Shown here in pieces: positions 25,421-28,238 of a DNA stretch of 28,238 nt. How positions within the stretch are numbered: the first letter of the stretch is position 1; each line of letters opens with the position of its first letter. The notes under the pieces were generated by a model, which saw only the letters and a list, made by a program, of their open reading frames with translations, had not been told where the DNA came from and did not search any database. The DNA is taken from positions 1 through 28,238 of the forward strand of contig CAXHJY010001258.1 of assembly GCA_964016885.1 (NCBI GenBank), written 5' to 3'. The position numbers and the translations under genes were made by a program. The stretch is from Eledone cirrhosa. Taxonomy: Eukaryota.

Positions 25421-25551
25421 ACAGACCCTCCATCTCAACTCACCTTTTGAAAAGCAGAAGAACTGCGAAACCGGTAAAGGAACCAAATAAATATATATAT
25501 TTTTTAAAAAATAAGACTCCAGTTGCATTTTCGATTTCATCTCTTTTTCTT
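25421..25551 (+). mobile_element. Solo family W pseudo-LTR (inverted twin of 22051-22182)
   Basis: Reverse complement of the 22-kb copy, sharing its breakpoints and the variants that distinguish it from the 13.5-kb copy. Confidence 0.85.
25443..25480 (+). ncRNA. Minimal hammerhead with U3-A8 core (family W)
   Basis: cctt TTGAAAA gcag aagaa ctgc GAAA ccgg TA aagg; predicted cleavage after 25476. Confidence 0.8.
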
Positions 25552-25557
25552 TATATA

Positions 25558-25603
<46 letters not shown>

Positions 25604-26235
25604 TATAAAATATATATATATATAAAATATATATATATATAAAATATATATATATATAAAATATATATATATATATAAAATATATATATATATATAAAAT
25701 ATATATATATATATATAAAATATATATATATATATATATAAAATATATATATATATATAAAATATATATATATAATATATATATATATATATAAAATATA
25801 TATATATATATATATAAAATATATATATATATAAAATATATATATATATATATGTATAAAATATATATATAGGTATAAAATATATATATAGGTATAAAAA
25901 TATATATATAAATATATATAAAATATATATATAGGTATAAAATATATATATAAATATATATAAAATATATATATAGGTATAAAATATATATATAAATATA
26001 TATAAAATATATATATAGGTATAAAATATATATATAAATATATATAAAATATATATATAGGTATAAATATATATATATATATATATAAAATATATATATA
26101 TATAGGTATAAAATATATATATAAATATATATAAAATATATATATATAGGTATAAATATATATATAGGTATAAAATATATATATAGGTATAAAATATATA
26201 TATAAATATATATAAAATATTATATATATAATAAA

Positions 26236-26267
<32 letters not shown>

Positions 26268-26279
26268 TATATATATAAA

Positions 26280-26313
<34 letters not shown>

Positions 26314-26335
26314 TATAAAATATATATATGTATAA

Positions 26336-26368
<33 letters not shown>

Positions 26369-26394
26369 TTATATAATATATATATATGTATAAA

Positions 26395-26484
<90 letters not shown>

Positions 26485-26544
26485 TATATATATATAATAT
26501 AAATATATATATTATATATATATATATATAAAATATATATATAG

Positions 26545-26695
26545 ATATTTACAATATAGTGTAAGTTTTATAAATACTAATACATTAAAACATAGGGTTT
26601 TCTACGCCTCGAATATGTCTGGCTATTTTTAAATTTTTCTCTCTCTATATCTCTCTATATCTCTCTATATATCTCCCTTACATTAATACTTGAGC

Positions 26696-26726
<31 letters not shown>

Positions 26727-27202
26727 ATGCATCATTGATACACTTACTCAAAATGACCTCCCACTACCTAATTTTTCTATATCTATATTTATATATGTAT
26801 CTATCTCTATTTCCTCTCTCTCTCTATATATATATATATCTCTTTCGGTCTCTTTACATGAAGCTCTTCGCTTTATCTATTTTTCCATCTCTCTATTTTG
26901 TCCCATGCATTTCTTCTTTTTCTTCTTTTTCTTCCTTTTCTTCGTTTTGTCTTTCTTTCCTTTCTTATTTCCCTCTTTTCTCTCTCTCTTTCTTTCTCTC
27001 TGTATTTTCACTGCTAGAGTGAACCTCTTCAAATGAAGTTGATGTTTATTACGGTATGTCGAATATATTTATCTATAAAACTGTTTATATTGTATTTTGT
27101 CTGATGAAGGCATAGCATATTGTTAATATGATATCCCCGAAATATATATAATGAAATAAATATGGTTTTATAAATATAGTTTTCCATTTATTTAATATTG
27201 TA
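26545..27202 (+). mobile_element. Family Y pseudo-LTR/UTR copy 3 (longest)
   Basis: Shares 26850-27202 with copy 1; pyrimidine-rich upstream part; same 3' breakpoint 'taatattgta' into (TA)n. Confidence 0.72.
27093..27158 (+). ncRNA. Type I hammerhead motif (family Y)
   Basis: Identical to 4055-4120. Confidence 0.8.
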
Positions 27203-27973
<771 letters not shown>

Positions 27974-28238
27974 AATACGTAGTTAAGAAAGCCACAACAA
28001 TGCAGAGGGAAATCTCGAGGTAGGAAGTGAATGATAGATAGGAGAAACAGGTGAAAGTGAAAATTGAGAGAGACAAAGATGAAAACAAAACAAAGGTAGA
28101 AGGGTTACCGTAGTGGAGATTTAATCTCAATATTTCGGGCTCACGCCCATCAACGGGGGGAAAGTTCCAAAAGGGGGGGGAACAGGCCAAACGGAGAAAG
28201 TTGTGATGTCGTTAAGACAGGAATGCCCCTTTTGGAAC

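Overview
Eukaryotic, gene-free window made of long, interrupted (TA)n arrays with retroelements inserted in them. The SINE and LINE types suggest a coleoid cephalopod such as an octopus, which is an inference. I see no host gene, and the many YI/IY ORFs are microsatellite artefacts. Contents: (i) five 5'-truncated RTE-clade LINEs, four of family A and one of a diverged family B; each has a C4HC3 PHD-type finger inside the RT/thumb region, and the four copies with an intact 3' end have a 3' UTR of tandem putative pseudoknots and a (GAT)n tail. (ii) A tRNA-derived CORE-SINE whose tail matches family B. (iii) Two related Neptune-type Penelope-like elements (GIY-YIG), plus several ORF-less pseudo-LTR fragments. 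(iv) Eight type I hammerhead ribozyme motifs from four families, all with a palindromic stem III; two families carry a compensatory U3-A8 core (UUGAAAA instead of CUGAUGA). (v) A 69-bp perfect inverted repeat element and kb-scale fold-back inversions in the TA arrays. The most interesting signals are the variant ribozymes, the recurrent split-and-inverted pseudo-LTR junction at TA tracts, and the covarying pseudoknot arrays in the LINE and SINE tails.
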